Shown piece by piece: positions 1 to 11,244 of a DNA stretch of 64,000 nucleotides (position 1 is the first letter of the stretch; every line of letters begins with the position of its first letter). The stretch spans positions 620,001-684,000 of the forward strand of contig OY253688.1 of the NCBI GenBank assembly GCA_958009085.1, given 5' to 3'. Source of the DNA: Protoeuglena noctilucae (Eukaryota). Position numbers and translations under genes: made by a program. The notes below the pieces were generated by a model. That model saw nothing but the letters and a program-made list of their open reading frames with translations. It did not search any database and was not told the DNA's origin.

Positions 1-602
1 TTGAATTGGGACTCGTCTCGGCTCTTGTGGAACACGCGGGCGAGGTCACGGGGGCTCGAGACGCCACTCCCGGACAGGCGGGCGCAGTACTGGGGGAGGG
101 AGAGGGAGAGGGGGTGGTGAAGGGGTGGTGGTGGTGTGGTGAATGCGGGTGAGTGACAGGTGAGACCGGCGCAGTGCTGCTCCTTTCGCAACCGGTCCCA
201 TCGCCGACCACATATGAGAACAGAAAGCCCCTCTCTGACCCTGTCACTCAGTCACTGATGAAAAACTGACGCCAGCCACGCTCCACGGCTCTACACATCC
301 CACACAACCCAGCACCACCACTCGCACGCTCGCACCTTGCGCCCGATGCCGTGCACGTCCATCAGCGAGGCCTCCGCGGAGCTTTGCGGGGAAGGCGGCC
401 GGGGCCTGTTTGCGGCCGATCGCGACGTCCCGATGCGCAGCGCGGGGGACGCGAGGTGCGCGCCGCTGCTGCTGGGCTGCACCGCATCGCCCTCCTCCCC
501 GTCGCCGCCCGCGTCGGGCGCCGCGTGCGCCGGGACGGACGCCAGGCCCGCAGCGCGCGGGATTAGCGCCGTTCCGCGGAATAGAGCCGCTCGCCGCAGC
601 AT
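1..602 (-). CDS. 5' part of a spliced gene with transit-peptide-like N-terminus and HhH motif; possibly plant-type deoxynucleoside kinase (runs off the window start)
   Basis: ATG at 602 gives MLRRAALFRGTALIPRAAG. Splicing GT ~335 to AG ~91 joins LMDVHGIGRK|YCARLSGSGVSSPRDLA, an L-x-x-V-x-G-I-G HhH motif resembling the N-terminal domain of plant dNK (recalled, not searched). Confidence 0.4.
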
Positions 603-1343
603 CGGCGGACGGTGCCCGCGCGGAGGGGCACACCGACTGGGGCGGTCCTGCGCGCGCGAGGAAAGCCGAGAAACGTTCCGGAAAGCGCGGGGCGACGCGG
701 GGTCGGGTGCACGACACGAAGACGAGGAATCGCCGAAGGCGGCGCGGGGCCAGGCGCGCGCGGAGGGGCGCGCGGCGGGGAGGCACCGACGGACGCATGC
801 GTGGGGGCCCGGGGCGGGCGGGGGCAGCGATAGCCGGGGCCGATAGCGGCATCCTACGTGTCGGAAGGCCACCTCCGAGCGCGCGGAAGCAACCGGGGGC
901 TCGGCGGGTGCGCGCGGCGCGGCGGGCGCCCTAGCAGGGTGGCGGGAGACTTCCCCGGGCGATGTCGTCCGGAGCCTTTCCCGCGAGGCGCTCACCTGTA
1001 GAATCGCACCGCTGGTTGCCATGTAAGAGCGCTTCCCGTGGGCCAGGCAAGGCGTCCCTTCCTCGTGCCAACGGACGGGCTACCGGCTCGTGGGCCGGGC
1101 AAGGCGGGCCCGCAGCGCTGCCTCGGCGACGATCGTCCTTCGTATACAGCCTTCGCGGCGAATGAGGGCGAAACCGGGCGCGGAGGCGCGCGAGCGGCGC
1201 GAGGGGCGCTAGTGGCAGAGATGCAGGCCCAGGAAGGCGGAAAGGACATCCACGGTTCAGCTGGTAGCGGCGATGTGCGGGGGTTGCGGCTGCGGCGCGT
1301 TCTTTCAGCAAACAACTTTTCTGACACAAGTTCGCGTCGCTTT

Positions 1344-1495
1344 CATCGGGAAAACCCGGCGATTTGACGTCACTCGGATCAGAAGGATCGCGGGAATCAC
1401 TGGATTCATCCCAGTGATCCCCGGGAATCGCCGGGATCATCCCCGTGATCCCGGCGATTCCCGCCACTGCCGCAGTGATCCCAGCGATCCCGGGC
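1344..1495 (+). repeat. Left TIR plus subterminal GGGATC/GATCCC motif array
   Basis: Dense short motifs in both orientations (ggatc, gatccc, ggaatc). GGATCATCCCCGTGAT (1434-1449) and ATCCCAGTGATCCC (1408-1421) recur inverted at the right end. Confidence 0.85.
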
Positions 1496-2035
1496 CGCGG
1501 CCCTGACGCGCGTGCGCGTCCCCGCGTTTGCTCAGGGGGCTCGAGAGGAGGCGGAGAGACCGCACATTTGCTAGTTGGTGCTAATGACTGCCTCGGAGGC
1601 CCCTCTCGCGTCCTAAAGCTTGCTCCAGCATGCAGACGGGGGCCGTCGACGCATCCGGGGTCCGCTTCCCCTGCGCCGCCGCTGTTCAACGTGAGATGTC
1701 CATATCTATGCGATGAGCGGGAGCTCGCGGGCTCGCCGGGCCCCCGGGGGCGCCGGGGAGGTCCCCGTGCTCGACCAGGCCTACCGCCGCCGCGGCCGCG
1801 ATCGGGCACGCAGCGCTTGGCCTATGGATTGAGGTGACCTAAATCTCGCTAGCTGCGGCGCCTTTGCCGGCTACGCCGCACGGAGGTGGCTGCTGCATGG
1901 GAGGTGAGCCGTCCCCGCCGTCATGGCGCTGCGGATGGGGGCGCGGGGCTGGCTTCGGAGAATTATCTCGATACAGATGACATCGCCGGCGTCGGGGACC
2001 TGGCACCGCGAGCATCGGGGAGCTCCTGGGGTCAC

Positions 2036-5000
2036 CTACTCCTCGCCGCCGCTGGCGTGGTGCTCCCAGACCTGCTGCACGTGGCCGCAGTGAAGAAGCT
2101 TTCCAGCAACTTTCACGGCGTGAAGCTGCCGCCGAAGGTTGCGGAGGGGCACGCACTTCAGAGCCTCGCCCTCCGCAGGCTCCAGGAGCGACAGCTGGGG
2201 AGGCTGCAGCGCTCCCAGGTTGGTGTAGAACGACAAGCACTGGTTGGACAGGTACCTCAGGTCGCATGGGGCCCTGTGCACCGGGGCCACCAGGGCGCAG
2301 AGGAAGGTCCCGGCACCGGAGCTGGTCTTCGCCTCAACCCCGCACACGACCCTGCCCGTCTGCAGCGTGCCCCTGTCCGGGAGGTACTCGACGAAGGACA
2401 GGGTCTCGTCGGTGGCGACGATCCTGGCCCGGTCCCCGCTGGCCGTCCCGATCTCGACCGTGGAGGTCAGCGCGACCTCGCCCAAGACGTGGCAGGGAAG
2501 CCCCGCGCCCTTGAGGGCGTTCAGGAGGTCCGCCTTAGAAACGAAGTCTTCCGCGCGTCCCTCGCTGCACAGGTCGTTCTTCTTCAGGACGGTCTTCACG
2601 CCCTTCACTTGGTCCTCGGGCTGGGACGGGACCGGCTGCTCCGCCCTCGCCCGGCTCTTGATGACGGAGGCCGCCCTCTGAGAGATGACGCTGGTGCTCG
2701 CCTGCGACAGGGCTCGGGGGTCAGTCCAGCGCGGCTCAGCATGGCACGCGGGTCGAGCGCCGTGCGACCGCATCGAGACGTGTGAGTCGCAAGAAACGCG
2801 TCCTGCGTGGGCTTCCCCGCGTCGCCTACGCTGGGCGGCGCTTCTTGCCTGTACCTGCACGTCGCCCTTGCCGTTCGTGCGCGCGTTGGCAATGGGCTTG
2901 TGCATGCGCTCGGCGTCGTTCATGCTGCCCAACATGATGGAGCCGTTCCTCGCCACCACTGCAGGGAAATGCGAAAGCGCGTGGCACTTCTGGCTGTTCT
3001 CGATCTTGCTGAAGAGGGGCTTCTCCGTGCGGACGATTTCGTGGCCACGCAGCAGCGTCTTGAGCACGACCTGCGGCGACACGGCAGCGACAAGGCTTCC
3101 AGAGTGAGTAAGGGGCAGCGAACGATGGGGCTGGTGTTGGAGAAGGCCTCACGTGGAGGACCTTATTCAGCTGCGCGTCCGCCGCCTGCGCCCCTGCGAT
3201 GGTGGCGCTCTCCAGGGACCATTCGGCATAGAGCTGAAGGCATGCCAGGGCTACGGCCACGAGCCCAACCCTCTCGTCGTGCACGTCTTTGCTGCCCGTA
3301 GGCTCTGCAAGGGATGTGGTGGTGGGGAAACACTCCCGGGGTTCCCCGGCCCGCATCGCGATACCCGCAGCTCCTCCCGATGCCCTCGCAGCGCTGACTG
3401 TCGGCCTCGCCTCGAGAGAAGAGCTCGACGAGGGCGAAAGGCAGAGCTTGGATCAAGAACCTCGCCTCGTACGCCTTTATCTTCCCAAACGGGTCCACGA
3501 GGCTCAGCACGATCTGGAAGGTCTCGCCCCACGGACGGGCGTGGATCCATGCCGGGGCCTGCGCTCCACCCACACGACGATGGACATGCCAGGTGAATAC
3601 CGAGCAGCTGCGGCGCCACTGCAGGCAACGCACGCCATTGCCTGACCTGCAGCTCACCTTGGCATCCGCAATGATCGATGCGAACGCAGCCAAGAGGGCG
3701 TTTGCCTTTGTCGCAGACTCTCCCGCTGCCGCGTTGTTGTAGAGGACGGTCAGTATGCAGAAGGGAACAGTCTTGCCCAACATTCCCAGTTCCACGGTGT
3801 GCATGGGGTCAGGTGCTTGGCCCTGATACAAGTCCGACCCGAACTCGTCCCAGTACGACAGGGCAGGAACCACAGGATGAATTTTGCTCTCCCTGGCTTG
3901 TTCGTTGGCCCTGGCCGTCCCCACGTCCCTCCTCAAGCGCAGGATGTGCTGCACCTGGAGGCGATGCAGCGCGACGGTGCGAGGCGTGCGGCAGTCATCC
4001 TGGAGGCACAGCGGGCACGACCTGACGGCCAGCGTGGACGAGTTGGCCATCATGTCGTTCAGCTGCGCCGCCAAGACGGGAAAGACGATGACTCTCCCGA
4101 CGTCGGGGAGGGTCATCCACACCCCACCGGACCTCGCCACGCCAATCAGCTGCCGGTCCACGGCAGCCAGCCGCCGCTGGATGGCCTCTCTGTTGTTCAG
4201 GTCTGCCTGTGACCCCGGAGTGATCCCGGACACCTGCGGGGGCCTCGAGCGACAACTCATACACGCGGCGTGGTGGTGGACGTGTGGGCTGCAACGCCGG
4301 CAATCCTCCTCTCGCCTTCATGGACTCGACGGTGGCCACGGTTCGCGGCGTCCCTGTCCTCACGGCTTTGCAAGGCGACAGGAGGTGCATGTGGATGGGC
4401 GTCGTCGATGCGCCCTTGGTCATCTCCACCCCGTCGATGCTGTACGCGACGGGCACGAGGAGCAGCCGGGCGTGCAGCTCGGGGCGGACTTTGCCAGCGA
4501 CAGCCTCGGCTATGTCGCTATACCCCTTCGCCCGGGAGAAGGTGAGCTTCTCGTGGATGCTGGGATGCGTCTCATGTGGTCTCGCCCGCGCCTGGCGTGA
4601 CCGTTCCCGTGCCTCGCTGAAGTCTCGCATCAACTTAACGAGCGTCTTGGGCTTGATCTGCTCCGCGTGCACCAGCATGTCCCTCAGCACCGTTATCGTT
4701 TGGTAGATGATGGTTGTGCTGCCCTCCTCTTGCAAAACCTGCAGGCCGTGCGTGCACTGGTTGGCGTCAGCCCCCTCGGCCGCGTCCGAGGCCCTCGACA
4801 CAAGCGGCACCGCGGCGTGACGCACCTCGTACTGGCCATGGATGCTGTTGAGTGAGGTGTGGAACGTGCGGTGGGAGCGCCCGAGGTCGAGAAGGTCGTC
4901 GCGGATGTCGGGGCGCAGCTTCACGAAGCAATCGAAATGCGCTGCCGTCAGCGATGCCATGAACTGCGCCCCTGCTTCAAGTTGGCTCAGGTACTCATCG

Positions 5001-5494
5001 TCACTGTCCCTGCTCCTGGCCCGCCATGCCTCCAGGTCCTCCGGCAGCTTCAGCGGTTCGTACTCCCCGGGCGCAGGAAGGTAGGAGACTCCAGGAGCGT
5101 CCTCTTGGGGCGCATCATGCGCTCCGGCGCTCTCGGGCGGTTCACCCCTCTCCGAGTCAATGTCCACGTCCATGTCCACGTCCGTGTCGGCGTAGTGGAG
5201 CCACGCGAGTCCTACATCTTCGCTCTCGCCATCACTGCCCGCAGCAACGTCCGCCGTCCCGTCTTCCTCCCGCAGTTCTTGGTCTGGTCCCGCGCTGGCG
5301 CTGTCGCGTGCCAGCCCGTCCGAGCCTCGCAGAGACGGAGAGACATAGTGTTCGTGTGGGGCGGCGGGGCGGGGTGCTTCCTGGCGGCTCTCCTCGCCAT
5401 ATCTCCAGCCCCACAGCGCAGGGCATCTTTGCTGATGCCGGGCGAGCTTGGCCGGGGTATCGAATTGCGTTCCACACGCGTCGCATTCGAGCAT
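2036..5494 (-). CDS. Plavaka/CACTA-like DDE transposase, multi-exon, N-terminal C2H2-like zinc finger
   Basis: MLECDACGTQFDTPAKLARHQQRC zinc finger, acidic linker, LVPVAYSIDG (D1 ~4434), VFPVLAAQLND..SCPLC (D2 ~4055), PDPMHTVELG (~3809), KCHALSHF and DAERMHK..TN (E ~2910). Frames join via introns, e.g. GC-AG intron 4315-4234 in phase 0. Confidence 0.82.
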
Positions 5495-6180
5495 GGTGAG
5501 CTGCAGCGCAGGTTGCGATGCAGGGTTCAAGGCGGGCATGGTGAGGGCGTGGAAGCGGAGGGAGCGCCACATAGGCTCACCTAGCGCAGCTCGATGCGCC
5601 TTTCACGCGCATGGGGGCCCCCACGAGGGGAGCGCCGTGTTGGATGCCGTATTGGCCGTTTCTATCCGTGGGGATGTTTAGTTCCACAACCAGCAGCACT
5701 GACGTTCTTCTTTTGTCATGGCTACGTCGATTTCGCGGTGCACGGAGCCCAGTACGGCCAGGAACGTTGATCATTGCGCCGCTGGCACCGCGGGCCCGAC
5801 GCTTGCCTGCGCTTCGTTCTGCGTACGTCGGGCCGCTGCCGGGGTCCATTGGCTGCAGCAGTTGCTCCAGCCCCTCCCCGTTCTGCCGCAGAAAGCCCCA
5901 GACGCCCCCTGAAGCTCTGCAGTCGCATTGCGCACACCAACGGGTCGTGTGCGTGCACTTTTGAAGCAACAACCTTTACTCGGGCCCCAGCTGCGATGTA
6001 CCGGCGGCAATGATGCGCAAGTGAGGCGCGCGCGGCGCAGCGGCTTCCTTTCATGGTTGCATCTGGGGTGCTCAGCGATCGCTGCGCGATGCGAAGTCTG
6101 CGCCTCAGTGACCCGCCATGGCAGCTGCATTGTGGCTGGAAGGCTGCGTTTTATATATGCCTTCCATCCTATGACTGCAG

Positions 6181-8851
6181 CGGTGGCGGGAGAGCCAACT
6201 TCATAGCCCCGAGGGCCACAGGCAACGGTGGGAATGGTGGGGCCGGCGCCAGCAGTGCTGGAGGGGGGTCTTATCCGGCCAACCCACCAGAGGCACTGCT
6301 ACGTCAAGGGACCCAGCCAGGCATGCCCGACTGGGCCAACCGCACGGACAATCGGGTCGCCAATCTTGCGGATGACGTGGGGCGGATGGCACACACCCTT
6401 AACGACGTGAAGGAGTGCGTGCGGGTGACTGAGCAGCGGGTTGGAAGATGGGTTTTGCGCCGACGAGATGTAGTTCCTGACATAGCCTAAACAGCCTGTA
6501 ACCATCACCGTGGCCCGTAGGAGTTGCAAGGGCAGCAAGGGCAGCAAGAGGCAGTTATGCAGTGCGTCGTAGAACGCCTCGCAAGTCTCGACACAAGCTA
6601 CCAGCTCCTACTGGCCCGACTCGAGGGCGGCGGATGGGCTACAGGAGGACATGGTGCGGGCAGCCGACGGGTGCCGGAGGTGCGTGTTGCCTGTGTCGTG
6701 TATACGCCCAGCAAAAGCCATTTTCAGAGCGAAGCTCCATGCCATCCGCGTCCTCTTTCTCCCTTTCCAGCAGCGGGAGCGCTCCCCCGACCCTGGCGAG
6801 GCGGAGGAGGGGGGCGCAGCCGTGCCTACGCCGGGCGCACAGCGAGGCAAGCAGCGGGAGGAGCCACGCCTGCGCCACTGGCGCACATTGGAGACGTTCA
6901 AAGACCTTTCAGACAATTTTCTCCCAAAGACGATTTCCCTGGCGACGATGTCCGAGTTCGTCCAGGTTGCGGGGGACATACACTGTGCCACGGGCCTCGC
7001 ACTCTTCCTTGTACTAAAGGTGATTGCCTCGCCACGGGCTGCTCCAGCTTGCTCTACATCGTAGCTGCTATTCATGTAGACGAGTTGCATGGCGGCGACC
7101 AATGATGCACTCATCCAATCCTGACCATCCCGTCTTTCCGTCATCGTCCCGCCCTTCCGTGCCCGCGCAGACGTCGGGGATGCGCGAGCCCTATGATCAG
7201 CCAGGCAGCATGGTGCTGCCGTCGTCAAGAGGTGGCATTGTCGCTTTCTCGATGGTCTACGACGCGGTCGCCTTCTACCCGACTCCGGAGCAGGCGTGGG
7301 CCTCCCTGATTTGGGACCATGTGCACCAGGACATGCGCCCGTACTCCAACCCAGAGACACCTCCTACTCATACACAAGGCGACCCCAAGCGTTTCTGGAC
7401 CCTCGCCGACTGCTGCAAGACTATGATGAGCAACATCAACAAGGTGGTCCAGCACCCGGTGCACTGCTTCATCCGGGAGCACCTGATGCTTGGGCTGGGC
7501 TGCAACACCCTGGACGGTGGGTGGCAGTCGTTCATCGTCGAGGACGAGAAGGTGAGCGGACACGAGTTTGCTGCTGGCGAGGCAGCACAGGTTGGGATAC
7601 ATGGGATGGACCCGGGGTGCGATTTCTTGGCATCGCAGGGAAAATTCCGACTTCTCACCGACGAGGAGCTGCAAGCAATCGACGGCGCTGCTCCCAACGC
7701 GGTCAGTGACGCGGTGGCCACGTGGAAACGCCAGCTGTTCCAGGGCAGCATCGACCCGTCTCGTCCCCTCGACTCGGCATGCATTCAAGAGATTCTCGCG
7801 CACCTGCAGAAAACCTTGTGCTCTATGCGGGAGAAGAGGTCTCAGCCCGTCATCAACAAGGGCGGCCTGTGGACGGTCACGCTGCCGTACTTGGCGTCCA
7901 TCCTTCGTCACGTGTTCCAGGCAAGCGGCATGCTGCAGATGTGCAGGGCAGCAGGCGGGTTGAAGTCAGATTGCACATAGTGCACAATATGTGCGGTCAA
8001 GCGTATGATAGGCTTTCTTTCTGCACACTGTATGTGGAGCCCCGCAGAACACGCACAACTCATGTCACGTAAGCGCGACGTTGGGTTTCCCTTGCCTCAT
8101 CCTCACAGCTAGCCTATCATGTGTTGCTCCCCAGGCCCTCGAGATCATCCCGTCGAGCCACCGCACTGCAAGGGACCCTTTCTGCGCTATCCTCGCCCTC
8201 CTGGAGGAGTCCCGAGGCGAATCGAGGTGCATACGGGATGTGCCAGACGTCCTGCGATTCCGCCCGGCGGGTGTTGCGCTGCAGAGCAAGCCCGACGCAG
8301 CAGGAGTGCGGCACAGCCTTCAGGCGCCCCTCGGTGCTCAGGCGCAGCTGGCGAGATCGTGGCTCGAGCCTCTGTACGACGACCCTCAGGCCAGGGGGCC
8401 TTGTGGCGAGCTCCGGGGGCTGAGGGATTTCCTACCTGAGCAGGCCCGTTTGGCTCTGGATGAGAGGCGCCAGAGGGAGCTGCGGGAGAGGCAGGAGACG
8501 GAGGCCGAGCGGGCCCGCGTTCGGGCAGCGGCGCGCCCTGACGCGGGGGATGCCGGGGAGCACAGGGATGGAGGCACAAGGCGGGGAGGTGGCGTTAGGG
8601 CACGAGGGACGGCTCTGGCTATGGGGTCGAGTGGGGCTGCGATGCTGGAGGACGCGGCTGCCGACGTCGACGGGCTGCAGAATGCCATGTTGGCACTGGA
8701 CCAGGAGCGCCAGGCAGCAGCCGCTAAGGGCGGGCAGATGGGTATTGCTCCCTCGCAGCCCCGTCAGTCGAGCCACGGGCCGTCTCAGGCGCAAAGCACG
8801 GGTGCTGGAGGAAGCCATGGTGGGGTGCAGCGTGGGACGCACCGGCGTTGA
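6181..8851 (+). CDS. Transposon second gene (accessory/TnpA-like position), unknown function, multi-exon; start uncertain
   Basis: Successive coding-like segments (6181-6445 with coiled-coil-like LADDVGRMAHTLNDVKE, 6520-6680, 6770-7020, 7171-7920, 8135-8851). Phase-0 join HVFQ|ALEIIP across 7921-8134. Confidence 0.65.
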
Positions 8852-10839
8852 AGGTGAGGTACGCTGCGCTGCTGTCATGCGGCGGGCCGCCTTTTGGCGG
8901 GGCAAGCGTTGGGGCCAGGTGAGGTGAGCTAGTTACTTGGGGCTCGAGCTTGTGCAGGCGCTGACTATCATGAAAGTGAGCCAGGGCGTGCCGGCTGAGG
9001 GCGAGGCCGACAATGAGATCCAGGGTCGAGGTGACTTATCGAGGCATCTGGTCGGTTAAGACGATTCTCCCGTCAGGTGCATCAGCGTCCCGTGCTAGAG
9101 TGGCAGCACCGTCAGGTGCGTTTCCAGGGCAGCAAGCAGGGTACCGATGACGACAATGTGTTCCTCAAGGTAAGGTTGTTGCAGCTGAAGCTTCATGCGA
9201 GTTGTTTGGTACAGAAGTGATGTAAGTTAGCGTCAGCCGTGCCGCAGCACCGGCGCGTGGTGCCTGTTGCCGAGCAATCGGTGAGGCGTGTTGCATGTCT
9301 ACCTGTTCAGAAGGACATCTGGTGAGAGGCTCTCGCATAGCATTCAGTCCTGGTGAGAGGGTGGAGCGAGCGGGCGGCAGGTAGCGTCAAGACAGGTGCG
9401 GCAGGCCGCGCAGGGCACAGCCACGTGCAGAGGCGGCCAGGGACGGGCATGGAAGTCTTTTCATGAAATGACGGATACCTTGCTTCGGTTTGTTTGCTGG
9501 CCTTCTGATGGCCATGCGGCTGGGTGTGGGTCCGCCTCGTGTGAGTGCTGCGAGGGGCCCCGCGTGGGGTTGAGTAGCTCAGCCTTGCTGGTCCCAGAGG
9601 TGCGCTTGCTGTGCGTGGGGTAGAGGACGTGCCGTGTCTGATAAAAAGGTGAGGAAAGTCCAGCGCGCGCTCTGTGGGTCAGGCAGGCTCAGGGGTCGTC
9701 AGTCCTCCAGGCAAGCGGGGGTGGATTGCAGGGCTGCAGCGACAGCACCGCGCACAGGCGAGGCTCGGCGCTGCTGGTGCGAACAGCGCTGGATCATCGT
9801 CCCTCTCTAGGGTGAGAGTGCAGCCTGCTGCTGAGCCATCTGCGAGGTGTGCTGACGTGGCTGGGGAGGGGAGGGGCCAGCTCCCGTGAGGTGAGATGCA
9901 GCATACGCATGACTAGATCAGGTCGGACATTGTCGCTGTCCCCGAGGTGCGCGGTTGGTCTGCTGCGCTACCGGTGGGGTCTGCGACACGGTCAGGTGTG
10001 CAAGGGGGGGTTGGTTGGCTGGGAGGGACGAAGGGCTGGTCCGCCAGCGTGGTATCTCTGTACTTGCTACCTGTACCTGGCACCGTGCCTGCACTCTCTC
10101 ACCCCGAGACTGACTCTAACTTCGCCTAACAAGCACGCAGGCGCACGTGCCACCTCGTCCCAAGTTCCGGCGCTGGTCGGGTGCTGGCCGGGCCCGCCAT
10201 GGCTCGTCCGCCGACCCATGCCCCTTGTCTGTCGTCTGGCGTCCGCGGCGCCCCGCAGCGGTGGTCATCGACTCCTGGGGCGGCCGTCGGCACGGCGGAG
10301 TCGCGCACGCCACCATCTCCCGAGTGCCTGGCCCGAGTGCCGGAGCGCCGCTCCCCGATGGAGCAGCAGCGTCCGGAACAAGCGGTCGGTGCCTCTGGCG
10401 GTGGTCGCTGCGCGCTCCCGTCGCGCCTGCGGCCGCCCGAGTCCGGCTGCATGTGCGTGCATGAGTGCGTTGCCTAGAGCGTCACGGATGGTCATGTAAC
10501 CTCGGCGTAGGGATTGAAATACCAATAGCTACGCTAGGGAGCGATTACGGGCCGAACGGAGCCCCCCGGGCCGCGCGGGCCCCGGAGCGCGCGTGCCCAA
10601 AAGATGCGTCCGATCGCGATCAAGATAGGTCTGATCGCGGCCGAGAAGGAAGATAGGCGGCGGGATAGCCTCGGCTAACGCTTCCGGCGCCGCTGCGCTC
10701 CCGAGTGGGCCCCGCTCCCCGCGATCCCCGACCACGACGAAATGCCGCGAAACTGCTCCCAGCGGCCTCTCGCATCCCGGGTGCGCCGTGGCCGTAACCG
10801 CGCCGCGTAAAACGGCCTCCCCAGGGAGATCGGGCGCGC

Positions 10840-11004
10840 GGCTGGAATCACTGGGCTCAATGAGGGTTTACATTACAGTCTGTGTCGTCAGTGGGATCAC
10901 TGGGATGATCCCTCTGATACCCCGGGATCAGCGGGATGATCCCCACGATTCCTGGGTATCACGGGGATGATCCTACTGACGCCAGACTCGCGGTTTTCCC
11001 GATG
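10840..11004 (-). repeat. Right subterminal array plus right TIR
   Basis: gggatcactgggatgatccc, gggatcagcgggatgatcccc and atcacggggatgatcc, followed by ggttttcccgatg. Confidence 0.85.
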
Positions 11005-11244
11005 TTTGTGGCCATTTCCCCTCCCCCTTCACCCATCCGCCGTCATTTGCCCGCGAAGACCACTCCGCGACGCCCGCTGCGCCTGTATACATCGGCTTCT
11101 CGCCCCGCCCGTGCCCCGTGTCCCCTGCGAGCCCCGCTGGGCCGACCGCCGGGCCTGCGTCCGTGCCCCCGCCGCGTTGCGCTTGCTCGGATTGATTGAC
11201 GCCGGGGGATCTCCCCCGCGCCGGTCCGCCGCGTGGGAGGAGGC

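Larger units (their letters stand above)
1344..11004. mobile_element. Complete DNA transposon, Plavaka/CACTA(CMC)-like, with TIRs and 3-bp TSD
   Basis: CATCGGGAAAACC at 1344-1356 and its reverse complement GGTTTTCCCGATG at 10992-11004, with imperfect extension to ~37 bp. Flanked by TTT at 1341-1343 and 11005-11007. Encloses a transposase gene. Confidence 0.88.

Noticed and set aside
6053..10800. Fanzor/TnpB or TET/JBP cargo in the transposon
   Set aside because: I could not see RuvC motifs with a Zn ribbon, or a 2OG-Fe dioxygenase HxD..H pattern, in the readable frames.
10863..10870. Telomere-like AGGGTTTA near the right transposon end
   Set aside because: A single partial unit, not an array.
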